Source of the DNA: the human T2T-CHM13v2.0 reference genome, Homo sapiens
Strand: one strand, 5' to 3'
DNA: 64,000 nt
NCBI RefSeq assembly: GCF_009914755.1
Contig: NC_060939.1
A program made the position numbers and the translations under genes. Shown one piece after another: positions 13,076 to 29,328 of the stretch. The notes beneath the pieces are model-generated. The model saw nothing but the letters and a program-made list of their open reading frames with translations, made no database searches and was not told the origin of the DNA. Within the stretch, counting starts at the first letter, position 1. Each line of letters opens with the position of its first letter.

Positions 13076-15874
13076 CATAGTGTTTGACAGCATGGGCTTT
13101 GGAAGGGTGAAGGCCTAAGTCAGGGCCTGACTCAGTCTCCCCACTCAACCTTCTGATAGTCTCGTCTGCTATCAAAGGTCATAATATTAACTTCCCCACA
13201 GAGCTGCTCCTTTTTGTTCCCAACCTAAACTTATTTTCCCATGAAAAGAAGCACCACCCTTATCTAAAAGGACAAATCATGCAGAGAAAACTATGAACAG
13301 CATCCATTCTAGACTTAACAATTCAATCAATAAAAGTAGCAAAGTGCAGAAGGGGATGAGCTGGGCTTTGAGTTAGGAATGCTGGCATCTGTCCCAGTTT
13401 TCCTTTCATAATTTGTTCTAGGGCTATGGAGATGCTCATAAAGGATTCTCATTCCTATTGTAAGCCAGAGAGAATGCAATCCAATGCAATGTTTCGATCA
13501 TGGAGTCTTTATTGGACACAGGCTGGCATGAGTTGATGGCACCTGAAAATCAGCAAGGTACTTTCCAAAATAATTTATAACGCTTCCTTAAAAGTAGGTC
13601 CTGTTTGTCAGTCTTGGTGAGTTCTGTCTGACCTGGGTAATCATCAGCACATGAGTTAATTTTTTCAATAACGGTTTCTTAATCTAGAAAATGAGATTGT
13701 TGGAACATAATTTTTTAAAAAAGAGTAATTTTCCTACTGGGAAAAGGAGTATGAAAACTATTTTTGTCAGTTTCCTAACTTTCTTGGTGTTATATTGTCT
13801 TTGTAGTAATGAAAATAATGGTAATAATATCATAATGTAATGTCTGTTTGAACTGTTATTCCTCCCTTTAGAATCAATTTATTTTTCTCTTCTTATTTTT
13901 TTGGTGCCTTTGATTACCTCTCTTACTTTTTAAACTTTTTGTAATGCTTTTATTTTTGTAAACATTCGTTTTCCTTGCAGAATGCAGCATGTGAGCATTA
14001 CGTGCATGCTTTGTTCATGATAATAACTGAGGTATGCCAGAAAACCTCCCATCCTGAAATACATCCTCCTCACGCATGAAACTCCATGTTTCTAATAGTG
14101 GAATCCGTCCCTCTGGCTTGTGTTGTCTTTGCAGCTACAAATGCTCCTGGGAGGAACAGCATCTTCAGTCTCTAAACCTTGGTGCAGCTGAGTTTATTAG
14201 AGGTTTTCCAGACCTTAACAAGAGCCTGTGACAGTACTAAGACCCTGGGGATGGTGCGAAGGAGTCTGGAACCAGGAGGCTGCTGCGTTTTACAGGATAC
14301 TGGAGCCCAGTTCTCAATCAAACGCTAGAGCTCAGAAAGACATGCCTCTCAGATCTGTCTACCTTTAAGCATTTTTTTAATTAATAACTGGATATTGACC
14401 ATTAAAACCATCACAGGTATAGGAGTTTGTTGACTAAAATTTGTATTATAGATACAACTGAAATGTTTACAAATCTTTATAAGAAAATCATTACTACTTG
14501 GGTCAGAAGCAATGCAAGTCAAGCTTAGGTCTATGGTTTTTGCTCCTGATCAGTAATATGTAGATGGCATGTGTTCTCTTACCCTCTCTAAATCTGGAAA
14601 GATGCATTTCATAGTACCTCTAATCTCAAAAATTTTAACTTTCACTTTTAATTGTTGAAAATGTCATTCTGAAATCCAACAATGAATGAGTGAATGTGTA
14701 TATATTCATCATATACTTGTACACACACACACAAATAAAACCTGTATCTCACGGCCCACATATCTTGCTTAAGCTGCTCTTTCAGGAAGATTTATGACAC
14801 TCTGCTTCACAAAGAAAGTTTAAAAGAGAGAAAGAAAACGAAATGAAACAGTGACTGTTCCCTAGTGCAATTACTCTGTCAAATACTCCCCTAGGGAAAG
14901 GAATTTGCTCTTATTGTGAAATAAATTAATATAGAAACCAGACTCCTGCAGTAACTTTTCTTTATCCCCAGGCAGTATTTTCCCACTACTGCTCTCAAAA
15001 TTCACTTTTGGCGATACACATATGGGAGGTTGGAAATAGCTAGAAATTATATGTTTGAATTTAAATATATTCCCATTTCCATAAATGTTAGCAGCTCCCC
15101 AAATTATCAGGGAGTACACAATCATTTAGAGATCGCCTGCCTCAGAAATCAATTGCTTGTCCTCTTCATCCTTGGTGGGGGGTGGAGGAGGAGAGGGAGC
15201 ACTTTGTCTTACCACCTTTTCAAGCCCACAAATAAGAATTTCTTTCCCAGAAGCTGCCACTTGCAAAGAAAATTTGGAATGACAAGGCCCATTGGGCTGC
15301 AAGAAGAGTGTAGACACGTCTAAGCTTAGTTAGTCCTTTTTCCAAAATCCACAACTCAGCATTCACTGGGAACCTTCACTCGCCACATGCCAGCTCAAGC
15401 CCTCCGTGATTCCTAATTAGGCGTTCACTACTCAATTAGTGCCCCATTAGCCTCGTACCATGTTAACTTTAAACTACTGGTTACATTTCTCTTCACTTCA
15501 GCCATATTATGAATGGATAGAACTTACAAGCAATCATGAAAACCCTTGCCAGCTGAAATTCACTCTAATCTTAAAACAACATAAGAGCAGTATATGTAAA
15601 ATCGATTAGGGACTGTCTTAACCAAACTACAGAGCAAAGCAGGGTCTTTTAGGAGGAGGCTATTCAAGGGGGAAAAATAGGGAATATATAGTGCAAATAA
15701 ATATCAGGCACACAGAAGTGAAGATAATAACTAAATGCTCCATGCTGACCTTTATGATTTGTGATTCTGTGCCTTCCCTTTCTACGTCATGGAAGCCTTA
15801 CTGATGAACAGGTATAAACCTCTTTTTGTAGCTTCCTAGGGGCAGATATTTCCATCTCTAAGTTATTTCACTTA

Positions 15875-16030
15875 GAAACAACTAATATGGATTGAGCTCT
15901 TACTTTGTACCAGGCTTTAGTCTATGGGCTTTATATGTTTTACCTGTTTAATTCACACTGCGCTGAAAGTTATCTTTCCTATCTCCATTCAGTGGGAAAG
16001 AAAACTGAGGCTTAAAGACCATAGATACCA
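15875..16030 (-). mobile_element. MIR relic
   Basis: 'attgagctcttactttgtaccaggc...gaaaactgaggcttaaaga'. Confidence 0.7.
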
Positions 16031-16185
16031 CCGCATAGTGTAGAAAGCAAGAAGACCCTGAAGACGAGAGGCTCCATGTCCTATGCTACATTGTCTACTA
16101 GAAGGATTTTAAAATGCCAACAGGTTTAATAACAATAAGTATCCTTATCTATCATTTATTAAGCATCTACTACAGTATGTTCTTT

Positions 16186-16204
16186 TGTGTGTGTGTGTGT
16201 GTGT
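16186..16204. repeat. (TG)n microsatellite
   Basis: Direct inspection. Confidence 0.9.
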
Positions 16205-16274
16205 AAGTATAGCGTGTCTGCACTCTTATTTTCAGAACGATGCTGGCTCTTACACACACAAATGAAATAATGAT

Positions 16275-16525
16275 GTCAGGGTAATGAACTGATTAAGAGC
16301 ACAAGCTGTGGAGTCAGACTCTCATATCAAATCTCAGCTCCGCTACAGCTAGCTGTGTGACCTTGCACAAATTACTTGAACTTTCTAAGCCTCATCTATA
16401 AAATGAAGGCAATAATGGCAACTACTTGGTGGGGTGGTTGTGAGGATGAAAGGAAATAATCTCAGAGAAGGGCTTAGAACAGAGCCCAGTGCATAGTAAA
16501 AGTTAAATGAATACTGTAATTATTT
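16275..16525 (+). mobile_element. MIR SINE, near full length
   Basis: 'ttaagagcacaagctgtggagtcagact...gctgtgtgaccttgcacaaattacttgaactttctaagcctc...gtgaggatgaa...catagtaaaag'. Confidence 0.9.
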
Positions 16526-17149
16526 TCCTCTGTTGACAGAGAAGAGAATTTTATAGTCAATAGGTAGGCTGGCCTGTAAGACTCCTCCACTAAAAATACA
16601 ACTGGTTACATTGTGGTTTCACACCAATAAGCACTAAGAGATGGTAGACTTTTCTTTTTTATGGTGTTGATTTAGTTTGGCTTCGTTGGGCAGTTCAAAA
16701 AGCACATCTTTTGGCCCATTCCCGGTATTCTTTGCAAATTGCATGGACTTTTAGTCCAGACAAATTCAGTGAAGGGTGAGAAAGGGCTACAGAAACAGAA
16801 AAGAATGCAAAAAACATTGTATAATTCTAAGAAATTATAAATTACTTTCACTAAAAGGAATATTAAGGCATCATATCCTTTTCTATTAATTCTTACTATA
16901 AACAACACATTCTCAGTGTACAGAATTTAGAAAACAGAGAAAGACACAAAAATTTTTTAAAGATTAAAATAAGAAAAGAAAAATCAATCTCATAATCTTT
17001 TCACTGGTGGTTTTTTGAGGATAGATAATGAGTCAGTAAACACTGGCATGGCCACACCAATGGAGAACAGAGGTGTCCATTCTGATTGGCTGGACCCAGC
17101 TACAACAATTCCCAAATATTCCCAGAATTACCCTAGGCTTGTGCACACT

Positions 17150-17410
17150 TTGCATTCATATGTGTTTGTTTTTGGAAACACACTGAATATATATGCTCAT
17201 TCAGATTTTAAAATTGCTTTTATCACTTATATAATGAACTTTTCCTGTCATTAGACATTCTTTAAGGGCATGATTTTAAAATCATCTACTAATAATGCAA
17301 GGGAGTGGATATCATGATTTATTGAGACATTCTATTAGTGTTCAATATTCATGGAGTTTTCAATTTTTGTTATCGTAAATATCTTTTTTACATAAACCTT
17401 TGAGTAGCTA
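17150..17410 (-). mobile_element. Old L1 (L1ME-like) 3' relic
   Basis: 'aaaattgcttttatcactta...catgatttattgagacattctatt...gttttcaatttttgttatcgtaaata'. Confidence 0.5.
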
Positions 17411-17913
17411 ATGTGTTATAATTTGAAGCACATATTTACTTACATGCCAAAATAACATTTTAATTTTAGCACAAGCTGTTACTTCTACAAGTTACTGGGT
17501 TATTTGGTATGTTTGTGGGGATTCTGCTACTAGGAATGAAATTCACACCTGCCTTATATATACCATTAAATGTAAATGAGTGTAAAAGTGTTCTATAAAT
17601 GGTAAGTTTCTATACAGCTGTGTTATTATGATTATTTATGATAGCGTTAGTACCATCAACCACAGGTATTACAAACGCTCTGCTTTCTATCTTGACTTTT
17701 AGACTTGTAGGTCTTTTAAGTCCTAATAACAGACTTAACTAAATAACAGTATAACACAACTTCTCTGCCTGCAGATGAAGATATTGCATATCTTTTTCCT
17801 GATCCCCATTTGATGACCCCACCATTGCAAACCCCCACATTTTGGCATAACAAGAACCTGGACACATCGCAGTAAACATGTGGCCAGGTAAAAGCGAAAA
17901 GGAAAGTAAAATG

Positions 17914-18660
<747 letters not shown>

Positions 18661-18756
18661 AGATGGCCAACTAAAGACACGCTCAAAATTTTCCTACTAT
18701 CTAGAAATTCTGGATATACATTATTTCGGTAATGCAAGTCTGAGCTCACACAGAGG

Positions 18757-18764
<8 letters not shown>

Positions 18765-18808
<44 letters not shown>

Positions 18809-18833
18809 AATGAGAGAGAAAGAGAGAGAGAGA
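18765..18833. repeat. Compound (GT)21 + (GA)n microsatellite
   Basis: Direct inspection. Confidence 0.95.
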
Positions 18834-20109
18834 CCAAGTCAGAAGTTAGCATGCTTACTCTTAATTCTATTAAATATACTAGGCTGAAGATGATAGAGTG
18901 ATTTAAAAAATAGGTAAAGATCCCAAAGGTGAGCTCAGATCTCCCTGGTGAAGCCACTTAGGAGATAATGATGTAGTTAATTAAGTGATTGCCATCACTA
19001 TCTTTCTAAATGGTCAAGGAGAACCCTTAGGTAATGGGGAAGCCTGACTACCACTGCAAAGGGAATTGAAGGTGGGTTTAGCAGAAGAGAAGGTAGATGG
19101 CAGAAATGGAAGGAAATCATTCCCAAGACCTGAGAAGATATCTGCTTGGTTACCTAATAATGTCTACTGTTTTTTAAATGATAATGTTTAGTACTTTTAA
19201 GCAAGAGGATTTTATGCTGATTCTCATATTTATGCCTATAATCTTTGCCATATGTTAATAAATTGTCTGCACATAAGGTGATCAATTATTTTCAGCAGCT
19301 TGTATCTTAAATGTTATGCTGGTCATCTTGATTGTGAGCTTAAATACCAGGCTGGTGATGGATTCCCCTTTTTAACTTTTCTCTTTTAAAACGAGCAAAA
19401 TTAGGAAATCGAAATACACCCCATATAGATTTTTCAATACTTAATGAAAGTTAGTAATGACACAACGGTAGCCAGGCTGGCATTTAAACACATCATTTGC
19501 TGGCTTAATTCCAAAGTAATTTCTTGTCCCTTAAAAAATTTGGAACATATAAAAATTATTTTAGCATCAATTACTTTAATCATTTTGTTAAAATTTATCT
19601 TTCTCAATTTCAGTGCATTAGTATTATAACCTAGTATCGTTTTTAGTCTCATATTTCTTCATTAATATTCATTAAAAGTACCTGCTACTTCAATAAACCC
19701 AGACTAACTTTTTATTACATATTCATAAGTATTACTTTTAAAGGCTTTGAGATACTTCCACCTTCAATGAAAATAATAATTTGTGCTTCATAGTAATGCA
19801 AGTAACTCCTCAGAAACACACTAAAGTAATGAATCAGGATTGGAGGTCCTGTGTTTCTTCACTCTGCTGAGGAACATCACATTGTCCTTGCTTTAATCAA
19901 CAGTCTTCTTCACTGATGGAGGTCCAAGAATTAAGACCAGAACTGATTACTTCAGTCCAGAGCAAGGTTTCTTAACATGAGTCCTTAGCAAAACCTCAAG
20001 AATTTTGAAAATCTTCAATGGTACAAAGGATTGGGGGTACAGGCAGGCAGATGCATTTTTCTGATGATGAAGTCTATAATTCTTACCAGACTCTCAAAGA
20101 AGCTTTGAG

Positions 20110-20160
20110 GATAATGGTGATGGTGGTAGTGGTAATGGTAGTAGTGATGATGATAATAAT
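20110..20160. repeat. Degenerate trinucleotide (GGT/GAT/AAT)n
   Basis: Direct inspection. Confidence 0.7.
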
Positions 20161-21084
20161 TTTTAGCTTCTAGATTATGAAATTATATTTTGTTTGAATT
20201 ATCTTCAGGGGGAAGCAGTTTGTAGGAGCTGATAATTGTTGAAGATATTAAATGAGTATGTGATGGTTCATAGTTTCCATAATAAAAGCTTTTTAAGGAT
20301 AAACAAATAAATGTTGCTTGAGTCTGAGTGTACCTATTTTGTGGGCCTATGATGCCCATTGAGTGTAATCTTCCAGTGTCAAATGGTGGGTCTCAATTAA
20401 GAAGGTAAAAGAGAGAGAGAGAAAAAAAAAAAAAAAAAAAGAACTGCTACTAATGACATGATCAAAAGCATTTTGCAATAGTTCTGGCCTACTGTGCAAA
20501 AAAGAGCCCAAAGCTGCCTCACACACAAATGACCTCAAGATTTCTGTCTCTGCTCAAAACAGGAAGTATGCAATGCAGTCATGCAAGTCAGAGTCAGAGA
20601 CCCTAGCACCAAAGGCGACCCACACTTGGCCTCTGGTCAATCCACCTCTCTATAGTTTCCTGGGATGCTCTAAGGCCAGGACCAAGCTGCCTGTTTGAAG
20701 GGCCACCAAGAAAATCTATAGCTTCCCTTTAGAATGTAGAATTTGGGGGCACTACAACCACCAACAACAAAAAACCTGTGTGGGAATTGGCCCGGGTGTG
20801 GCCTTTGCTCTGGTGTGTGACTTTTTGCACTACTTCTATTTAGCATTCTGGCATTGTCCCCATCCATCACCAGCCTCCCTCTCTCTGGGCTGGTTTCCTG
20901 TCTGAAGTCTTCACCATTCTAGCTCATGTCCCTGGTTAGCCTTCATTTGGGCATTCATTTATTCACTCAGCAAATATCTATCAGCTCCCAGGAGGCCTGG
21001 ACTAGAAGCTGTGCAGTCACAAAGAAAAGATCACAGCCCCTTGCTGCTAATAAGCTCATGTTCCAGGCTCTGGATACTTGAATA

Positions 21085-23753
<2,669 letters not shown>

Positions 23754-24074
23754 TGTTTAGCTTGAAGATCACCAGGCCAAGCCCTAAGAGAGCCCACTGC
23801 TTCTGCGAACACTATTATAATATTTGCCTTAAATCTCAGGCTCTTCGCAGGGTAAGGAGATTCCAGTACCTCTGAGTTACACCTTTGGTTTGAGTCACAC
23901 TCCTAAGTAGGTTCATCAAAAGCCAACCTTCTCACCCTACCTTGAGAAGGAAGCAATGTCCCCATAAAGGACCACTGTATGTTTCTGAAATATATCACTC
24001 ATAAACAAATCCACAGGCCTAAAAGCCATTACTCCAAAGGAATATAAAGTGGCAGGGAACTCCGATCCCCACTC

Positions 24075-24256
24075 AATTTTACCTGCACTAAATTCCTAGG
24101 ATAGTGATTCTCTCCCAGGAGCACATTTCCATTAAGGAGTGGCTCAAACTCCCCTGGTGGGATGTGGAGACAACATGTAGTTTAAGAAAACATATTCAAT
24201 AATATGTTTCTATGGTTGAAAAATGAAAAACACAAGCATTATTTTCATAGCGTGAA
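24075..24256 (+). repeat. Copy 1 of a 182-bp direct duplication
   Basis: Ungapped alignment to 25279-25460 with about 12 mismatches (manual count). Confidence 0.95.
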
Positions 24257-24274
24257 TGACTTGGGATAACGGTA

Positions 24275-24420
24275 TTTTTTTTAACACCTACAAGGTGCCA
24301 GGCCCTATGCCTTGTGCCCTACATGTCTCATGTAATCCTCATGACAACTTGATGAAATATTCATTTCTACTTTTTGACAGATGAAAAACGGAGACTTAGA
24401 GAATTTCAGAAGAGTAGTAG
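24275..24420 (-). mobile_element. MIR relic
   Basis: 'cacctacaaggtgccaggccctatgc...tctcatgtaatcctcatgacaac...gacagatgaaaaacggagacttagaga'. Confidence 0.75.
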
Positions 24421-25278
24421 TACAAAAGCTAAGATCAGGCTTCTGACATTTATTCTATGTGCCTTAGAGATATCTTGTGAAAATCATTTTTCTGCAAAAA
24501 TTCTCTTAGGATGTTCAGATGAACTTTGAACATCAAGTTGAGCCTCTGGGATGTTACAAACCATCTGCCCACCAAGCATTATTTCACTTGTGACAGGTGG
24601 CAAGAATTAGAGAAGAACACTAAGTAATATTTTTAAGAATGTGTTGATCCAGTCCACATTTATTGAGCACCTACTATGTGTCAGATGCTATTGGGATACT
24701 GAGTGGAAACATCATGTTTGTCCCTCTCCACCTGCACTTGGAAATAAGCTGTCAGATAACCTTGAAACACTAAAACTCCTACAGAATAACTGTGACACTA
24801 GCCACACTTGTCTTTCATGTCCTGTGTCTGCTCTTTCTGTGTTTTTTGCAAACATTTTTTCTCAGATACACAAAGCTCTCATGCTCTCTTCTTCTCCACA
24901 CCTCAAAATCTACTTTAAGGAAGGACCACCATCAATCATTTACACATCAGTAGAAGTTTCTTTTCTGAAGGGCATCTCCCAGGGCTTTTAAAACTCACTT
25001 TCAATGGGAACAATAAATCGGTTACTTATGAAAGAAATTTCAAATATTCACAAGCATGCTGAAATTATAACTTTGAAATAGCCAAGCACCTTCCCAGATT
25101 CATATTTCATCCATGGAGGGATTTGGTGGAAAGCAAATTTGAGAAATGGTAAAAGAATAACCCCAAACTCTATTATCTATACCTCTCCTTTGTCTTGTCT
25201 TCTTTATCTATTGAAAGAAGCTGCCTTGTTGTTTTTCTGAGCTCTCCAGCATGATCTTTGCAAGATCATTACTTTTAA

Positions 25279-25460
25279 AATTTCACCTGCACTAGATTCC
25301 TAGGATAGTGATTCACTTCCAGGAGCACATTTCCATAAAGGAGTGGCTCAAACTCCCCTGGTGGGACATGGAGACAACATGTAATTTAAGAAAACATATT
25401 CAATCATATGTTTTTATGGTTGAAAAATGAAAAACACAAGCATTACTTTCATAGCATGAA
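25279..25460 (+). repeat. Copy 2 of a 182-bp direct duplication
   Basis: Ungapped alignment to 24075-24256. Confidence 0.95.
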
Positions 25461-25702
25461 AATAAAAGTCTAAAAAATTGTCTTAACTGATGGAGATAAA
25501 CACAATATATTGATTTTTAAGTAGAAATGGTGGAGGTAAGGGTGAGATAATGAGTGTATCAAAATCTTGGCAGTGAAGGAAGGGAGTTTTGGGTATATCC
25601 AATAAAGCATGGCTTTAAAACACTGGCCTGTTCTCTCCTCAGTTGATGCGTCAAATTAGTAAATAAATAAGTGGGTCTAAAATACATCATCCTCTTAGTA
25701 CT

Positions 25703-26069
25703 TGCTACGGACTGAATGTTTGTATTCCTTCCTCCCCCTGCAGTGTATGCTGAAGCCCCAACCCCCAATGAGATGGTATCTGGAGGTGGGGCCTTTGAGA
25801 GGCAATGTGGCCATGAGGGTATATGTCTCATGAATGGGGTTAGTGCCCTTATAACAAGAGACACAAGAGACATGATCTCTCACTCTGCCATGTGAGGATA
25901 CAAGAAGATAGCTGTCTACAAGGCAGGAAAAAGCCTCCCTTGGAACCCAACCATGTTGGCACTCTGATATTGAACTTCTAGCCTTCAGAATTGTGAGAAA
26001 TAAATGCCTGTTGTTTAACCCTCCCAGTTTATGGTTGTTGTTATACAGCAGTCTGAGCTAGCTAAGACA
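25703..26069 (+). mobile_element. MaLR solo LTR (MLT1A-like)
   Basis: TG...CA ends 'tgctacggactgaatg' and 'gctaagaca'; internal 'ggaggtggggcctttg' and 'cagaattgtgagaaataaatg'. Confidence 0.9.
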
Positions 26070-26415
26070 GTCATTTTTGTACATGCTTTGCTACGCTCGG
26101 ATCCCTTCAGTTAAATTTTCTGCAACTCCAGAGGAACTAGCCCTGGTGGAACTAATCATGGCTTAACCCTGAATAATTGTTTTAGATCATCCAAAATATT
26201 TCAGCTTCTGTGGTGGTCATTACCCCACACAAAGGAGAAAGATGGACTAGTGTGCCTGACTCCAAGATCCATAACCAATGTGACCAGTACAACCTCCCAC
26301 TATGAGTCAGAAGCCTTGAGGACTAACTTGAATCTTTATCACCCAGGTATCCTGGATCCATGCCAACAGCATACAAACTAGACTCCCTATACCACAAGGC
26401 ACCTTCTGGTGTGCT

Positions 26416-26854
26416 TTTTTGTTTGTTTGTTTTTGTTTTTTAGACAGGGTCTCACTCTGTTGCCCAGGCTGGAGTGTAGTGGTGCTGTCTTGGCTCACCA
26501 TAACCTCCACCTCCTGGGTTCAAGCAATCCTCCCACATAAGCCTCCCAAGTAGCCGGGACTACAGATGTGGACCGCCATGACCAGCTATATCTTGTTTTT
26601 GGTTGTTTGTTTGTTTGTTTGTTTGTTTGTTTAGAGCCCTGTTACCCAGGCTTGTCTTGAACTCCTGATCTCAAGTGATCCACGTGCCTTGGCCTCCAAA
26701 AGTGCTGGGACTACAGGTGTGCGCCCAGCTAGTTTTTGCACTTTTGTAGAGATTGGGTTGCCCAGGCTGGACTCAAACTCCTGACCTCAAGTGATAGACT
26801 TGCCTTAGCCTCCCAAAGTGCTAGGATTACAGGTGTGAGCCACCACACCTGGCC
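26416..26854 (-). mobile_element. Trimeric Alu structure (right arm plus two left-arm-like monomers)
   Basis: Two separate 'gaactcctga(t/c)ctcaagtgat...ggcctcc(c/a)aaagtgct' left-arm-type blocks follow one right arm. Confidence 0.9.
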
Positions 26855-27442
26855 CTCCAGCATGCATAGTTTTATAGAAAATGTGAGTATCATCTCTAAG
26901 GCAGCTCTGCTTTAGTCTCCTCACACCAGTCCCCGATAAAAGACCTCCACCAACAACCTAGCCAACTGCTCCCCAGCAGCAGTGATGCCAGGAATGAGCA
27001 TTTAGTGAGATCCAGGTGATCTATCACAAGAAGCTGGTGGGCCTCCTTCCCTAGCAGCTTCAGAGCAACACACCAGGAGAGCTGGAATCCATTCAAATGG
27101 GTGTGAATGGCTGGAGGGGTGCCCAAGAAAGCACAATTTGTGGATTGTTCCTTCTGTCCTGACATTTTGTTTTGCTTTCCTGGAAATCTGAGGACAGAGA
27201 GTGCTAAATGAATGGTGGGACCTGCAAACAGCCAGGCTGGCTGGTGACCACTTGTCTGGGTGGGGATTGATCGGTTGTAGAGCAGAGAGGATGGTCCACA
27301 GTCAGGTACAGATGAGCCCCGCCCCTCCAGGACAGGGCAAGTACAACAAGCCCAGAGAGAGCAGCAACATTTGAGGACTCAAGAAACTGATACTCCTGAT
27401 GAAGAGAAGGGAAATCAACTTTTCCTTCTAATTTCACAAAGA

Positions 27443-27610
27443 GTTTGCCCCTCAAACTTGATAGTGCATATCAATCTCCTGGGGAGTGTCCTAAAACACA
27501 GATTCTGACTCAGTTGGTCTGGGTGGGGCCTGAGACGCTACATTCCTAGAAAGCTCCCAGGTGAGGCTTTTGCTGCTACTGGTTACTGGATTTTATTTTG
27601 AGGCAATATA
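27443..27610. mobile_element. hAT-Charlie MITE (MER5A-like)
   Basis: 'ctcaaactt...cagattctgactcagttggtctgggtggggcctgaga...aagctcccaggtgag...gctgct'. Confidence 0.85.
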
Positions 27611-28439
27611 GCACATGCAATGATTCAGATAGGAAGCCCTGAAGTGGGAGCTGGGGAGGAGAGGAGGGAGCGGAATAAGGGAAAAACCTACCTGATATTT
27701 TACACACTTGTGTATTATTCAGTTTTTTCCATTGTGTTCTATCTTTGTAATTTAAAAATGGTCAAATACATAATCTAGTTCTCTTTGTTTTTTATGAAAA
27801 GAAAAAGGATCATCTCTTTTTTTTTTTTTTCTTTTTCTTTTCATGAAGTCAGAATGTGCTCACACTGTGCCTGAGGGAATGACCAGGGAATTCTGGGCCA
27901 CCGCAATCTGACACGCGCACAGATGGGGCCTAGGAGGGTCTTTCTGAATAGAACGGTGGTCATAGTAATGGCGAGATCTCTACTAGCTCTGTGCTTCACC
28001 CACCAGGCAGTATGGCCAGTCACATACCAAGGGGGCCCAAAGCCCTGGCTATTCGTAGGTTTGGGTGGGGAGTGGTTACTATGCATAATTTAAATGGTAA
28101 ATAATTTAAAACATTATTTAGATCAAAACAAACATGTAGCAGAATCCAGACATTAAATACATTTTGCCGACAAAAAAGGCACTTGAAATAATATTTCTCC
28201 TTGCCCCAGTCTCCCCCACGGTATAAGGGCATCTTGGTAGAAAAATCGGAGAAATGTTGACACGTGTAAACCACAGTGTGGCTGAAACTAATGCTCTCAC
28301 AGCTATCTCTGGGATGCAAACAGGGAAACGGCCCCAGCAACAGGAGCATTTCCCAGAACTAGAACATCCATTCGGTCATTATGGTGAGTTTCACTGTCCT
28401 GTCCCACGTAGGGGTCACTCCTCAGCTCTACAGTCTAAT

Positions 28440-29328
28440 GTTTTCACCTGAGCTAACCATCACTAAAATCTTGTCCCACAAATACAACATGTCTACAGTT
28501 AAACTCATTTCAAAGATTCCTGGGCTTTACACCTCACCCCTTTCTAATGTGATCCTCTTTTCATGTTCTATTGATCTCCAGAGAAGCGTAACAAACCCTT
28601 CCCCCAGCTTTTTCTCTCCTTTGCCCACAAGATCTGGTCTGCAAATCCTGTCATCTCCTATGATGCCAGCAGTCTCCAATCTCCTCTCTCCACCTTGTCT
28701 CATCCGGACTATTGCCGTGGCCTCCAAGCCAGTCTCCCTGTTCCAGGCTTTCCTCAGCTCGGTATTCTCTCCAGGCACTGGGGGCTGGGGTGATCTTCCT
28801 AAAACATAAACCCAGACATGTCCTTTCCTGTTTAAGAGTTTTAGGTGACTCCCATCCCTTCTCTCCATCCTTCTTTCTGGATCAAAATTCCCAAACCAAA
28901 CTTTATAAAAAGGCCTTTATGATGTGGTCGTCACACTGCTGTTCTAACCCCATCCCCTTGCCCCGTCCACAGGTCCTTTTCTACCTCGTCCTTCTCTGAC
29001 CACACTGTGTCCCAACGACAGTACTTTGTACATAGCATTTCTTCCGCCTAGAATAATTCTTGCACCTTCTCCATCTGATGAAATCCCCTATACTCCAAAG
29101 TTCAGTTTAAATGTCACATACTTTATGAAATATCTACAGACCTCATGGCTAATCTAATCCTTCTCCCTCCTGGCTCCCACTGTATCTGCCTCGATTACTG
29201 CCCTTTGCCACGACATTGTTACTTGTTTATTGTGAGCCCTTCACAAATGAGGACCAAGTGTCGTGCATTTTTATAGCCTCAGAGTCTAGCCCATAACAGC
29301 CCACTGACCGAGTTCATGAATGAATGAA
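28440..29328 (+). mobile_element. L2 LINE 3' relic
   Basis: Pyrimidine-rich L2 body ending in 'catgaatgaatgaa'. Confidence 0.75.
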
